Source: Candidatus Woesearchaeota archaeon
Lineage (GTDB): Archaea > Nanobdellota > Nanobdellia > Woesearchaeales > WJIZ01
Direction: 5' to 3'
Length of the DNA stretch: 64,000 nt
NCBI GenBank assembly: GCA_014729995.1
Contig: WJIZ01000041.1
Span: forward strand, 10,584 to 74,583
The first letter of the stretch is position 1; every line of letters begins with the position of its first letter. The notes under the pieces were generated by a model. That model was not told the DNA's origin. It worked only from the letters and a program-made list of their open reading frames with translations, and did no database searches. The position numbers were made by a program, and so were the translations under genes. Positions 17,392 through 27,366 of this stretch are shown piece by piece.

Positions 17392-19257
17392 TTACCCAAC
17401 CATCTCCATTATCTTCCTCTTTATGCTTTCCTTATCCAGCCCGGCATCTTTTCTTAGCAGCTCAACATCGCCGTGCTCTATAAACCTATCCGGAATGCCC
17501 ATTCTCTCAACAGGCACATTAATGTGGTTATCCTGCAGAAGCTCAAGTACAGCTGAGCCAAACCCGGCCATAAGGGCATTTTCCTCGATAGTAAGCACTT
17601 TGCCGCATCTCCCGGCCTGCTCAATTATTCTTTTCTTGTCAAGCGGCTTGGCAAATCTCGCATTGACAACGCAGCAGTCAATCTTGTCCAGTTCCCCTGC
17701 AGCTTCCAGCGCAGTTGTAACCAGGGGGCCTATGCAGATAACAGCGATATCCTTTCCTTTCCTCAGAATCTTTGCCTTTCCACTCTTCACAGGCTTTGGA
17801 TTTTCATAAATCTTTCTTCCTTCTGCGCATCCCCTGGGATACCTTATGGCAGCAGGCCCCTCAAGTCCAGCAGCAGTCTTCAGCATCCTTCCCAGCTCAT
17901 TCTCGTCCTTTGGAGCCATAACAGTAAGATTAGGAATATTCCTCAAGAAAGAGATATCAAAAGCGCCATGATGGGTAGCGCCGTCCTCCCCGACCAATCC
18001 TGCCCTGTCAACAGCAAACACTACAGGAAGGTTCTGCAGGCATACATCATGTATTACCTGGTCATAGGCTCGCTGCAGGAAAGTTGAATATACAGCTACT
18101 ACAGGTTTGAAGCCCTGTGCAGCTAATCCCGCAGCAAAAGTTACTGCATGCTGCTCAGCAATTCCCACATCAAAAAAACGGTTAGGAAATCTTTCGGCAA
18201 ACTTATCAAGCCCTGTGCCTGTTGACATGGCCGCGGTTATAGCCACGAGCTTATCATCCTTAGCAGCCAGCCTGACAAGCATCCTGGAAAATGCCTCAGT
18301 ATAGCTTATCGCGCCCGCACACTTTATCTTCTCGCCATTAGCGACATTGAAGCTGCCGATGCCGTGGAACTTTGTTTTCTGTTCTTCAGCATATTGGTAG
18401 CCTTTTCCTTTTTTTGTACGCACGTGCAGCAATACAGGCCCCTTTATATTCTTGATATTATTAAGCGACTGTATCAGTTTCCCTATATCATGGCCGTCTA
18501 TAGGCCCGTAATACTTGAATCCGAGCTGCTTAAAAAGCATTCCCGGGCTGAATACCGCTCTCAAGGTGTCTTCAAATCCCAATGCTTTCTCTGCTGCCTG
18601 CTCACCCAGGGGAAAGCCTTTAAGTATATTCTCGAACCTTTTCCTTGTTTCATTGTATCTTGGGTTGGCAATCAGCTCACGCACATAATTGGAAAGCCCG
18701 CCGACATTCCTGCTGATGCTCATATCATTATCATTCAGGATAACAATAATGTTGCTCTTCAGATGCCCCGCATTATTCAATCCCTCAAAAGCCTCTCCTC
18801 CTGTAAGCGCGCCGTCTCCGATTACCGCAACAGCCTTATAATCCTCCCCCTTTAAATCGCGCGCCTTTGCAATTCCCAGTGCAGCGGAAATCGATGTTGA
18901 GCTGTGGCCTGTTCCGAAAGCATCATGCTCGCTCTCATCAATTCTTGGAAATCCTGATATTCCTTTATGCTGCCTCAATGTCTTAAATTTTCCTTTCCTT
19001 CCTGTCAGCAGCTTATGCGCATAACTCTGATGCCCTACATCCCACACTATCTTATCCTTAGGAGAATCAAATACATAATGCAGGGCGATTGCAAGCTCAA
19101 CCGCCCCAAGGCTTGGTGCAAGATGCCCCCCGTTTTTGGAAACAACATTGATTATCTCATGCCTTATTTCCCTGGCCAGCATGCCAAGCTGCTGCTTATT
19201 CAGCACCCTTAAGTCTGAGGGCTGCTTAACCATGCCTAAAAAATTAGTCTTCATCAT
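17392..19257 (-). CDS. dxs: 1-deoxy-D-xylulose-5-phosphate synthase
   Basis: GGHLAPSLG, WDVGHQ, GHSSTSISA, GDGALTGG and DRAGLVGEDGATHHG motifs. Confidence 0.97.
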   Translation of the reverse strand: MMKTNFLGMVKQPSDLRVLNKQQLGMLAREIRHEIINVVSKNGGHLAPSLGAVELAIALHYVFDSPKDKIVWDVGHQSYAHKLLTGRKGKFKTLRQHKGISGFPRIDESEHDAFGTGHSSTSISAALGIAKARDLKGEDYKAVAVIGDGALTGGEAFEGLNNAGHLKSNIIVILNDNDMSISRNVGGLSNYVRELIANPRYNETRKRFENILKGFPLGEQAAEKALGFEDTLRAVFSPGMLFKQLGFKYYGPIDGHDIGKLIQSLNNIKNIKGPVLLHVRTKKGKGYQYAEEQKTKFHGIGSFNVANGEKIKCAGAISYTEAFSRMLVRLAAKDDKLVAITAAMSTGTGLDKFAERFPNRFFDVGIAEQHAVTFAAGLAAQGFKPVVAVYSTFLQRAYDQVIHDVCLQNLPVVFAVDRAGLVGEDGATHHGAFDISFLRNIPNLTVMAPKDENELGRMLKTAAGLEGPAAIRYPRGCAEGRKIYENPKPVKSGKAKILRKGKDIAVICIGPLVTTALEAAGELDKIDCCVVNARFAKPLDKKRIIEQAGRCGKVLTIEENALMAGFGSAVLELLQDNHINVPVERMGIPDRFIEHGDVELLRKDAGLDKESIKRKIMEMVG

Positions 19258-19347
19258 ACACCCCGTACAGCCAGATTGGAATATCTTTTATAAATCTTGC
19301 CTTCGAAAACAAAAATCATTTTAAATCATTATATCTATACTTTAGAT

Positions 19348-20004
19348 ATGGATGAAATAGATGAGAAAATAGAAGAGCAGCCTGAGCCATGGTGGAAAGG
19401 CCCTATTACATACATTTTAGCAGTATTGCTGATATTGATGCTTGTTGTCTGGTATTTTCCCAGCCAGGCAGTGAAAATTGATCCGGAGCCGGCATACATA
19501 CCTGCAATAGGTGAAGTAATGCCAAAAAACCTTTCACCAGACACAGCTGCTGTCTACTCAAGAAGAGATTATTTGAAGCTGATCAAGCCGAACAATCCAG
19601 CAATTAAGCAGACTGCAGATAAAATAGTGGCAAAAGCCTGCAATTCTAACAAGCTATGCCATGCCAAGGCAATCTATTATTTCATACAGCGGAACTTCAA
19701 CTATGTTTCAGATCCAGCCGAATTTGAATATGTTAAGTCAGCAGAGGAATCTTTATTAACACAGGCCGGTGACTGCGATGATGCAGCTGTCCTGGCTTCA
19801 AATCTTCTGCAGGCAGTAGGAATAAGGACAAGATTCATATTCATCCCCGGGCATGTTTATATACAGGCATATCTGCCCGAAGCGCCCAAGCGGTATAAAA
19901 CAGAAAACAACAACTATGTAAGCATGGATCTTACATGCAACAATTGCGCTTTCGGGGAATTGCCTTTCAATAGCTATACAGCCAGCAAACAGGTTATTGG
20001 CTAG
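19348..20004 (+). CDS. Membrane-anchored transglutaminase-like protein
   Basis: TM helix, then GDCDD, GHVY and a downstream Asp as the Cys-His-Asp triad. Start taken at ATG 19348. Confidence 0.8.
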   Translation: MDEIDEKIEEQPEPWWKGPITYILAVLLILMLVVWYFPSQAVKIDPEPAYIPAIGEVMPKNLSPDTAAVYSRRDYLKLIKPNNPAIKQTADKIVAKACNSNKLCHAKAIYYFIQRNFNYVSDPAEFEYVKSAEESLLTQAGDCDDAAVLASNLLQAVGIRTRFIFIPGHVYIQAYLPEAPKRYKTENNNYVSMDLTCNNCAFGELPFNSYTASKQVIG

Positions 20005-20025
20005 CTATGATATTGTCTGCCAATT

Positions 20026-21090
20026 TCAATACTTTGTGATTTTAATTTCCCCGTTCTTTATCGTCATGCAGATTTCCTGGTCTTCTTTTATCCTGGCAAG
20101 CTTGCTGGCAACTTCCGGCAGCAGTATCCTGTTTCCCCTCAGGTCAACATTTGTAATAACATCCTGGCCCTCCCCGACATTAATATCTTTCATTATGTCA
20201 ACTGCTTCCTTGCCCTTTAGCTTATCCATCCTTTCGCGGGTTTTATCCGCAAGGTATTTTGCTATCTTGTCAGCAACATCAATTTCTGTCGCTTCTATGA
20301 TTCCCTGCAGTCCGGGAGACACGTTTATTTCAATAACAACAGGCCCCTTGACGTCTTCCAGCATATCCACAGCGCATATGTCAGCTCCTACTGATTTGGC
20401 AGCTGCAACAGCAATCTTCTTAGCATAAGCATCAGGCAGGTATGCCTCTCCCCTGCCTCCCGCGTGTATGTTTGCTCTTTTTTCCCCCAGCTCTGCCTTT
20501 CTTTTCATCCCTGCTATAACCTTATCCCCCACGACTATCAGCCTTATGTCCACCCCGCCTGTTTCGACATATTCCTGTATAAGAAAAGGCTGCCTCAGCC
20601 TGTCCAGGGCATCCAGAATAGATGAAGCGGATGCAAAGCTGTCTGCAAACATAACCCCCTTTCCCTGGGTGCCGTGCGGGAATTTCATTATGATGGGATA
20701 GTTTGCTTTTTTCAGTATATTCCTGGCTGCAGTGATTGTTGACGTAATATAAGTTGTAGGCATAGGGATCCTGTTTTTCTGTATATCCAGCTGTGTATAG
20801 ATTTTATCATGGGCTATGCTGAAAGCCACGGGCTTTATCGGCATATATGCAGTGTCATAAAGACCTGAAGTAATCGTCCTAAGGAGCTGCTCATACCTGT
20901 GGGAGCCTTTAGCATATATGCAGTCATATTGCCCCATATCTTTTCCCTCGTACAATACTTTCATGCGCTGAGCCAGGCTGACTTCGATCTTCCTGAGGTC
21001 TAGCATGTCGACATGGCCGAAATAATTCTTCATTGCTTTCGCTAGCATTGCCGAGCTCTTGCTTCCTAGGGATATTATTGCAGCTTTCAT
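20026..21090 (-). CDS. RimK-family ATP-grasp ligase with AbrB-like C-terminal extension
   Basis: HDKIYT, KFPHGTQGKGV, QEYV, DIR, RANIHAGG and EINVSPG motifs. Confidence 0.9.
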   Translation of the reverse strand: MKAAIISLGSKSSAMLAKAMKNYFGHVDMLDLRKIEVSLAQRMKVLYEGKDMGQYDCIYAKGSHRYEQLLRTITSGLYDTAYMPIKPVAFSIAHDKIYTQLDIQKNRIPMPTTYITSTITAARNILKKANYPIIMKFPHGTQGKGVMFADSFASASSILDALDRLRQPFLIQEYVETGGVDIRLIVVGDKVIAGMKRKAELGEKRANIHAGGRGEAYLPDAYAKKIAVAAAKSVGADICAVDMLEDVKGPVVIEINVSPGLQGIIEATEIDVADKIAKYLADKTRERMDKLKGKEAVDIMKDINVGEGQDVITNVDLRGNRILLPEVASKLARIKEDQEICMTIKNGEIKITKY

Positions 21091-21491
21091 TCTTTCGAAG
21101 GGTCAATCAAGAACCCTTTTTTTAATATATTTTGCCCTATAAGCGCCTCATACTTCATGTGCGTCCTCTCTGCCAGGGTAAACTCCGCTTTCAGCCTTTT
21201 CATGGATATCTTAATTTCACACTCGATCACCGGCCTTATCTTGTTTCCATGCGCTGACTTGACCATTCTGCTTCTTATAATAGGCCCAAGATGAAGTTTA
21301 GATGCTAAATTCAAGTCAATCGAGCTTTTTGTTGCCCCTGTGTCGATCCTCGCCTTTATCTTCTTTTGTTTTTTCTTTCCGCAAATTGTTATATATTCTG
21401 TCAGGCCGATGATGTTTTTATCCTTCAATTTAGCAAAAGAATGGGTTTTTTGTTTATAAAGATTGTGAAATGATTTGGATTTCAAAAGCAA
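21087..21491 (-). CDS. RimK-associated retropepsin-like protease (start uncertain)
   Basis: ARIDTGATKSSI and R..MKY..LIG motifs; directly upstream of the RimK gene. Confidence 0.8.
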   Translation of the reverse strand: MLLKSKSFHNLYKQKTHSFAKLKDKNIIGLTEYITICGKKKQKKIKARIDTGATKSSIDLNLASKLHLGPIIRSRMVKSAHGNKIRPVIECEIKISMKRLKAEFTLAERTHMKYEALIGQNILKKGFLIDPSKE

Positions 21492-21523
21492 ATATTATAA
21501 AACTTTAGGAATTAGCTTTTTTC

Positions 21524-22192
21524 ATGCACATTGATAAAATCAAAAACTATATGCCCGAAAGATTATTTAAAATACTCTCAAAAGACATCACCGAATTAAG
21601 GCCCGCTCAGGAAAAAGCAATAGAAAATGGCCTTTTTGAGAATAAAAATCTGCTCATATGCACACCTACTGCTTCGGGCAAGACATTGATAGCAGAGCTG
21701 GCCTCAGTAAAGAATATCCTGGAAAACAGGGGGAAGGCCGTCTATGTTGTGCCTTTAAGGGCATTGGCAAATGAAAAATATAGGGAATTCAAAAAAAAAT
21801 ACGGAAAGCTGTTCAGGATAGCACTTTCCAGCGGAGACATAGATTCAGCGGATTCCTACCTTATTGACTATGATTTTATCTTTACTACTTCTGAAAAGCT
21901 TGATTCGCTGATAAGGCACCACAGCCCGTGGCTCAAATATGTAAAGACTGTCATAATTGATGAAATCCATTTGCTGAACGATCCCGGCCGCGGACCGACG
22001 TTAGAAATACTGATAACCATCTTGAGAAAACTGCTGCCCACTATGCAGCTTATAGCGCTCTCTGCCACCATAGGCAATCCCGAAGAATTGGCAGAATGGC
22101 TGGAAGCAGCTCTTGTTCTGGATGGGTGGAGGCCTGTAAAGCTGGAAGAAGGCGTATACCTTAATGGCCGGATAGAATTCCATGAAAGATAG
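21524..22192 (+). CDS. Stand-alone N-terminal RecA-like domain of a Hel308/Ski2 helicase
   Basis: LRPAQ, PTASGKT, PLRALA, DEIH and SAT motifs; stops right after WRPVKLEEGV. Confidence 0.85.
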   Translation: MHIDKIKNYMPERLFKILSKDITELRPAQEKAIENGLFENKNLLICTPTASGKTLIAELASVKNILENRGKAVYVVPLRALANEKYREFKKKYGKLFRIALSSGDIDSADSYLIDYDFIFTTSEKLDSLIRHHSPWLKYVKTVIIDEIHLLNDPGRGPTLEILITILRKLLPTMQLIALSATIGNPEELAEWLEAALVLDGWRPVKLEEGVYLNGRIEFHER

Positions 22193-22227
22193 GAAAAAAT
22201 TATATATTACCAGATAAAAAAAGCTTT

Positions 22228-23124
22228 ATGTCCAAGGAATCCCGCAGGAAAAAGAAGGATTTCAATGCCTACAGGAAATACATACAGGAAGATATAAGAA
22301 AGCTAGTCTATAACTACAGGGATTTTCCTTTTTCATGGAAAAAAGACGAAAGCAGGATAGCTGACAAGGCAAGTGTGGAGGACGTTTCAGATACAGACGC
22401 AGAAGAGTTCATGATGCGCTTCTTTGGCCTGCACGTGCAAAAGTCAAAGCTCGGCAAGCTCCTGAAAATAATAATTTTTGCAACTATAATCTTCTACGTA
22501 TATAATAACTGGAACATAGTCCAAAGCCAGTTCACGATAATAATCGACAGCGTGCCTTTTATTAAAGATACAGTTAATTTCCTGATGGATGCATTAAATG
22601 CCAAGGCGCTTATCGGTATATTCCTCCTGTCTTTTTTTGTGAACCTTTTCTTCATCAGCTTCCCGGATGAGATTTATTTTGTCACATATTTGCTTGCAGG
22701 CCACGATCCTCTTATCTTAATACCTGTGATAACCGCAGGCGGCCTGTTGGGGCTGACAGTAGACTACATAATAGGAAAGTTTTTGGGAAGGGGAATATTA
22801 AAGAAATTAATGAAAGAAAAGTATTACAAGTATAAGTTCGCTTCAGACAAGTGGGGCGGCCCTTTGCTCTTTTTGGGAACTCTTGTTCCCTCACCCGTCC
22901 AGTGGTTTTCAGTAGCTCTTGGCTCTTTTAATTACGGCTACATAAGGTTTATATTCTTCTGCACTATAGGAAAACTGTCCAAGTATACAGGCATATTCTA
23001 CGGCATGAACTATTACACAACAACAGTCGACCCATTCATTAACCAGGCCATAAAGCCTACCTTAGAAAACATAAGGCAGTGCCTTAACGAGACAAATACA
23101 TCAGTTACATTTCTATCTGAGTAA
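22228..23124 (+). CDS. DedA/VTT-domain membrane protein
   Basis: Multiple TM segments; GGLLGLTVDYIIG and FIFFCTIGK..KY patterns. Confidence 0.7.
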   Translation: MSKESRRKKKDFNAYRKYIQEDIRKLVYNYRDFPFSWKKDESRIADKASVEDVSDTDAEEFMMRFFGLHVQKSKLGKLLKIIIFATIIFYVYNNWNIVQSQFTIIIDSVPFIKDTVNFLMDALNAKALIGIFLLSFFVNLFFISFPDEIYFVTYLLAGHDPLILIPVITAGGLLGLTVDYIIGKFLGRGILKKLMKEKYYKYKFASDKWGGPLLFLGTLVPSPVQWFSVALGSFNYGYIRFIFFCTIGKLSKYTGIFYGMNYYTTTVDPFINQAIKPTLENIRQCLNETNTSVTFLSE

Positions 23125-23131
23125 AAAAAAA

Positions 23132-23740
23132 TCAAAAAATTCCTGTATTCATCGCTCCAAGCATCCCTGCCCCGGCAAAAACAGTTGCCATTGCTGCCAG
23201 CACTGCGAGGATAATTCCAACAATTATCATCGGAAGAAGCACTGCCAGAACAGCCTTTCCAGTTGTAAAGGCATTCACCTTTCTAACAATAATTATCAAA
23301 ACCACAATGCTCCAGATTCCTGCTGCAAAATTTATCAGCCAGCCAACTACCGGAATTATATTCAGTATGCTCAGCCATCCAAGTATCGACCCAAAAGCAA
23401 CCGGCGCAAATAGCTGCATATAGCCGGCTTTGCCTGAGAATATCTTAACAAACAAAAACACTATCCCTACCCCTATAAATGCTCCTATTATGCTGCCTAT
23501 GGGCGCACTTATTATAGAAGCAGCGCTTGCACTCCTGGCGATGCCCTGCATCATGCCCGGCAGCACACTTGAAACAGCGCTTGAAAAAATATAATTTGCT
23601 ATCCCGCTCAACAGGCCGCCTATAGCCAATATCAGCAGGCCCATCTTCCAAGCTTCAGTGTCTTTAGAAACCTCACTAATAGCCTTCTCATTTAATTTAA
23701 CAATCTCTATTGCCTTTTTCAAAGAACTTTGAAAGTCCAT
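23132..23740 (-). CDS. Yip1 family membrane protein
   Basis: About five TM segments, with KIFSGKAGY and FTTGKAVLAV. The start follows a GGGGTGA SD. Confidence 0.7.
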   Translation of the reverse strand: MDFQSSLKKAIEIVKLNEKAISEVSKDTEAWKMGLLILAIGGLLSGIANYIFSSAVSSVLPGMMQGIARSASAASIISAPIGSIIGAFIGVGIVFLFVKIFSGKAGYMQLFAPVAFGSILGWLSILNIIPVVGWLINFAAGIWSIVVLIIIVRKVNAFTTGKAVLAVLLPMIIVGIILAVLAAMATVFAGAGMLGAMNTGIF

Positions 23741-23794
23741 GTAAATCACCCCACGCATCAAATAGGGGGCAAATGTATATAAATTTTTGCTTTT

Positions 23795-24988
23795 TTAGTC
23801 CCCCAATCCCAGACTTTTAATTATTTCATCTCTATCGAAGCTTTTTATATCATTGTAGTCCTGTCCTGTGCCCATGTAAAGCACAGGCTTCTTCGTGACA
23901 TAGCTGACAGAAATCGAAGCCCCTCCCTTTTCGTCTATGTCTGCCTTGGAAAGTATTATTCCGTCAAAGCCTATTGCATCGTTAAACTTAACAGCCTGCT
24001 CAATGCAGTCATTCCCGGTTATCGCTTCGCCCACAAAAATCTTCAAGTCGGGCTTAGCAACCCTTACTATCTTCTTCATCTCATCAATAAGGTTGGCGTT
24101 TGAATGGAGCCTGCCCGCGGTGTCTATGAGTACAGCATCAACACTCCTCGAACCTGCGTACTTGACAGCGTCAAAAGCAACAGCAGCAGGGTCAGAGCCG
24201 TAGTCGTGCTTAATCAGCTTCACTCCCAGGTTATCCGCGTGTATCTGCAGCTGGTCTATTGCAGCCGCTCTAAACGTGTCTGAGGCAGCCATGACCACTT
24301 TTTTATTTCTTGACAGGAGCATCTTGGCAAATTTTGCAATGGTGGTTGTCTTGCCTGAGCCGTTAACTCCAACAAAGCAGATTACATAAGGCTTCTTGTT
24401 TCTCATCCTCTCAAATATGTCTATGTTTTGTGAAGCAAGAATATCTTCTATGCTTTTCTTGAGCGACACTATTATGGTATCTTTGATTTTATTTTTTTTA
24501 ATGGGCTTGTCCACAATACCATCTTTAAGGTCTTGCTTAATCTTTTCAATCACTTCCATAGCCACGTTATTTTCCAGCAGCGCGATTTCCAGCTCAAAAA
24601 ACATCTCGTCAAATTTTTGCCTTTTTATTTTTCTGGTGGATACTTTTTCCTTTATCCTATCAAAAAATCCTTGTTTTGCAGTCTCTTCTTCCCAACTTTC
24701 ACTTTTTTCCTTTTCTGTTTGCTCCTCCCTCTCAGCTGGCTTCTCTTCTTTTTGTATCTCTGGCCATATTTTCCTGCTTTCCAAAGCTTCCTCTTCAGAA
24801 TTCACTTCCCTGTCCTGCTTTTTCTTAATCCATTTTTTAAAAAATCCTTCCTTTTCAGGCTCTTTCTCTTCCTGGGGTTCTTTCTTCACTGTATCTTCCT
24901 CTATTAGTATCTCTTCCCCTTTCTCTTCAACATCCCTGCTGAAAGCAGCAATTCCTTTTTTTAGCTTTTCTTTTAAGAATTTGAACAT
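23795..24988 (-). CDS. ftsY: SRP receptor FtsY
   Basis: Acidic N-region, GVNGSGKTTT, DTFRAAA and DTAGR motifs. Confidence 0.97.
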   Translation of the reverse strand: MFKFLKEKLKKGIAAFSRDVEEKGEEILIEEDTVKKEPQEEKEPEKEGFFKKWIKKKQDREVNSEEEALESRKIWPEIQKEEKPAEREEQTEKEKSESWEEETAKQGFFDRIKEKVSTRKIKRQKFDEMFFELEIALLENNVAMEVIEKIKQDLKDGIVDKPIKKNKIKDTIIVSLKKSIEDILASQNIDIFERMRNKKPYVICFVGVNGSGKTTTIAKFAKMLLSRNKKVVMAASDTFRAAAIDQLQIHADNLGVKLIKHDYGSDPAAVAFDAVKYAGSRSVDAVLIDTAGRLHSNANLIDEMKKIVRVAKPDLKIFVGEAITGNDCIEQAVKFNDAIGFDGIILSKADIDEKGGASISVSYVTKKPVLYMGTGQDYNDIKSFDRDEIIKSLGLGD

Positions 24989-24989
24989 T

Positions 24990-25397
24990 TTAAGCCTTTG
25001 CTGCAGAACTCAATTCTTCTTCCAGCCCGGAAGCCCTGTTGGCCAGTTCCTTGATTTTTTCATCAATCTGGCTTCTTATGTGTTCCATTTCTTCCTTTTG
25101 CTTCTCTATCAGTTCTTTTGTAGCATCAATTGGCTTGTTCACGACGGTGCCCGTGCCCACATTTACCAGCAGATTATCGCTTTTTTTCAAAGCAGCTTTG
25201 CCGAATATGCCGTTGTTTAAAGGAAACAATATCTCGTCTCCTTCATTAAGCTCCTTGTATTCATCCAGGCTTTGCAGTGTAGCCATTATATCGGCCATCT
25301 GCTGCTCACTGGACTGAAGCTGCTGCTGCAGCTGCTGGATTTTTTGGCTTATCATCTGGTATTCCATGTATTTTTTCTGCAGCTCTTCCTGTTTCAT
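24990..25397 (-). CDS. pfdA: Prefoldin alpha subunit
   Basis: Coiled coils flanking EILFPLNNGIF...LVNVGTG; conserved pfdA-ftsY order. Confidence 0.92.
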   Translation of the reverse strand: MKQEELQKKYMEYQMISQKIQQLQQQLQSSEQQMADIMATLQSLDEYKELNEGDEILFPLNNGIFGKAALKKSDNLLVNVGTGTVVNKPIDATKELIEKQKEEMEHIRSQIDEKIKELANRASGLEEELSSAAKA

Positions 25398-26359
25398 TCT
25401 ATCTTTATGCCTTCCTTCTTGCCTTCGACTATCACTCCCATCGGGGAGCCTTCGAATATACAGTCTATTAACTCTGCCAGAAATTTAGATAAAGAGACAG
25501 CTTTTATTTTTTCTGTTATCTTTTCCTTTGGCAGTTCTATGGTGTCAGTAATGATTATTTCCTTTATGTCTTTGTTTCCTAATTTTTCCACAGCATCTTT
25601 GGAAAATAGTGCGTGCGTAGCGCAGATGTAGACATCCTTAGCGCCCCTCTTAGCCAATTCTGAAGCAGCGTTCGATATCGTTCCTGCTGTATCTATTATG
25701 TCATCTATGAGTATAGCTGTCTTTCCCTTGACCTCGCCTATGAGGTTCATGATTTCCGATTTGCCGTGTTCTGTTCTTCTCTTGTCAATTATTGCCATGT
25801 CCACACCGAGCAATTCTGCAAAGCGCCTTGCTCTCTTGGCTCCGCCTACGTCAGGAGAGACGATTATAGCATTTTTCAGCTTTTTCTCGATGATGGGCCT
25901 TGCTAGGATAGGCATAGCCCCGAGATTATCTACAGGAATGTTAAAGAAACCCTGTATCTGGTCCACATGAAGGTCAAATGTCACCACTCTGTTTACGCCT
26001 GCAGACTCCAGCAGGTTAGCTGCCAGTTTCGCGGTTATGGGCTCCCTGCTTGTAGATTTTCTATCCTGCCTTGCATAGCCGAAATAAGGGATGACTGCTG
26101 TTATTTCCTTTGCAGACGCCCTTTTTAACGCATCTACTGTTATCAATAATTCCATCAGGCTGTCATTCACCGGCGGGGAAGTGGACTGTATAACAAACAC
26201 ATGAGACCCCCTTACGGACTTATTAATCCTGATGTATGTTTCGCCGTCATTGAAGCTTTTTACATTTATGGGGGTTAATTCTTCATTTAAGTGGGTAGCA
26301 ACCTTTTCTCCGAGTTTTTTGCTGGCAGTTCCCACCAGTAAGGTAAGGTGTCTCTTCAT
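25394..26359 (-). CDS. prs: Ribose-phosphate pyrophosphokinase
   Basis: FNDGE, PYFGYARQDR, DLH, SPDVGG and DDIIDTAGT motifs. Confidence 0.95.
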   Translation of the reverse strand: MKRHLTLLVGTASKKLGEKVATHLNEELTPINVKSFNDGETYIRINKSVRGSHVFVIQSTSPPVNDSLMELLITVDALKRASAKEITAVIPYFGYARQDRKSTSREPITAKLAANLLESAGVNRVVTFDLHVDQIQGFFNIPVDNLGAMPILARPIIEKKLKNAIIVSPDVGGAKRARRFAELLGVDMAIIDKRRTEHGKSEIMNLIGEVKGKTAILIDDIIDTAGTISNAASELAKRGAKDVYICATHALFSKDAVEKLGNKDIKEIIITDTIELPKEKITEKIKAVSLSKFLAELIDCIFEGSPMGVIVEGKKEGIKIE

Positions 26360-26395
26360 ATTTTTAAAGAATAAAAAGTGATTTATATAATTTTC

Positions 26396-27172
26396 TTAAG
26401 TATTGCCTAATTCCCTGTTAATTTCTATTCCCTGCTTCAGCATTATCTCAATCTCACCGAACTGCTGGTGCTGCTCAATATCTATTTTTCTCTGGTTAGT
26501 TAGGTGCAGCAGAGGTATAAAAGTGTATATCTTATCCTCTTTCAGGTCAGAGCCGACTAATCCTGAAAACGTAAGCCTTTTCTTTGAATTAGCATTGAAG
26601 AAGCCCCTTATCTTGGTGTATATCTCCCTGATTATCTCTGTAATGTCCTTCTTTTTGGCAGGCAGCGTCACGTCCATTGCAGGCATGTTTCTCAATACTC
26701 TCCTGTGCTTCACTTCCAGCGCCTTTTCCAGCGCATTGACCAGGTCATAGACCGATACTTTCCTTTTTCTCGGCTGTGGCGTTCTTGGTATTAATTCATT
26801 GTCTATATGCTCTGCCGAAGAGTATTCTTCATCCATATCTTCAAGCAAGTCATCCATTTCATCTTCTGCGGATGAGAATAAGCTGTCAAGGTTAGCTATA
26901 TCTTCAGTAAGCCATTTGGTGGATTTAATCTTAAGGAGCAGGGCAGCAGCCAGCAGTACCTTCCCGCTCACCCTGAAATCATGCTCTTTTAGCGATTTTA
27001 TCATCTCTATATACTTTTGGGTAAGCAGTGACACATCTACGTTCCAGGGATCCATCTGTTCAGAATTTATAAGGTCGTATATTATAGACTGCCATGTAAT
27101 CTGGTTCTTGTCAAGGATTATGTCCAGCACTTGCTCATGCCCTTCTTTTCCTGCCATCGTAAAACTATTCAT
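26396..27172 (-). CDS. scpA: Segregation/condensation protein A
   Basis: MDPWNVDV, SGKVLLAAALLLKIKS and FIPLLHL...QQFGEI motifs. Confidence 0.88.
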   Translation of the reverse strand: MNSFTMAGKEGHEQVLDIILDKNQITWQSIIYDLINSEQMDPWNVDVSLLTQKYIEMIKSLKEHDFRVSGKVLLAAALLLKIKSTKWLTEDIANLDSLFSSAEDEMDDLLEDMDEEYSSAEHIDNELIPRTPQPRKRKVSVYDLVNALEKALEVKHRRVLRNMPAMDVTLPAKKKDITEIIREIYTKIRGFFNANSKKRLTFSGLVGSDLKEDKIYTFIPLLHLTNQRKIDIEQHQQFGEIEIMLKQGIEINRELGNT

Positions 27173-27269
27173 CCGTTTGTATATAAAACTAATGGTCAGC
27201 TTAGCAGGGTATTCTTCAAAACCCGGCTTTTAGTTAAATTTTTAAATCTGGTATAAATACGAAAATCAC

Positions 27270-27361
27270 GGGCCCGTAGTTCAGTGGCTACGGCTTTTGT
27301 CGCTATAAAGAACGTCTCCCTTACAAGGAGAAGGTCACCGGTTCAAGTCCGGTCGGGCCCA
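27270..27361 (+). tRNA. tRNA-Val(TAC) with D-loop intron (about 27291-27307)
   Basis: Acceptor GGGCCCG/CGGGCCC; TCTCC-CT TAC AA-GGAGA; BHB TGGC-TAC...GCTA-TAA. Confidence 0.92.
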
Positions 27362-27366
27362 TTCTT

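Noticed and set aside
24396..25220. Long antisense ORFs (also 40567-41199, 56047-56754 and 58718-59380)
   Set aside because: Ser/Phe/Leu-rich shadows of well-supported genes on the other strand.
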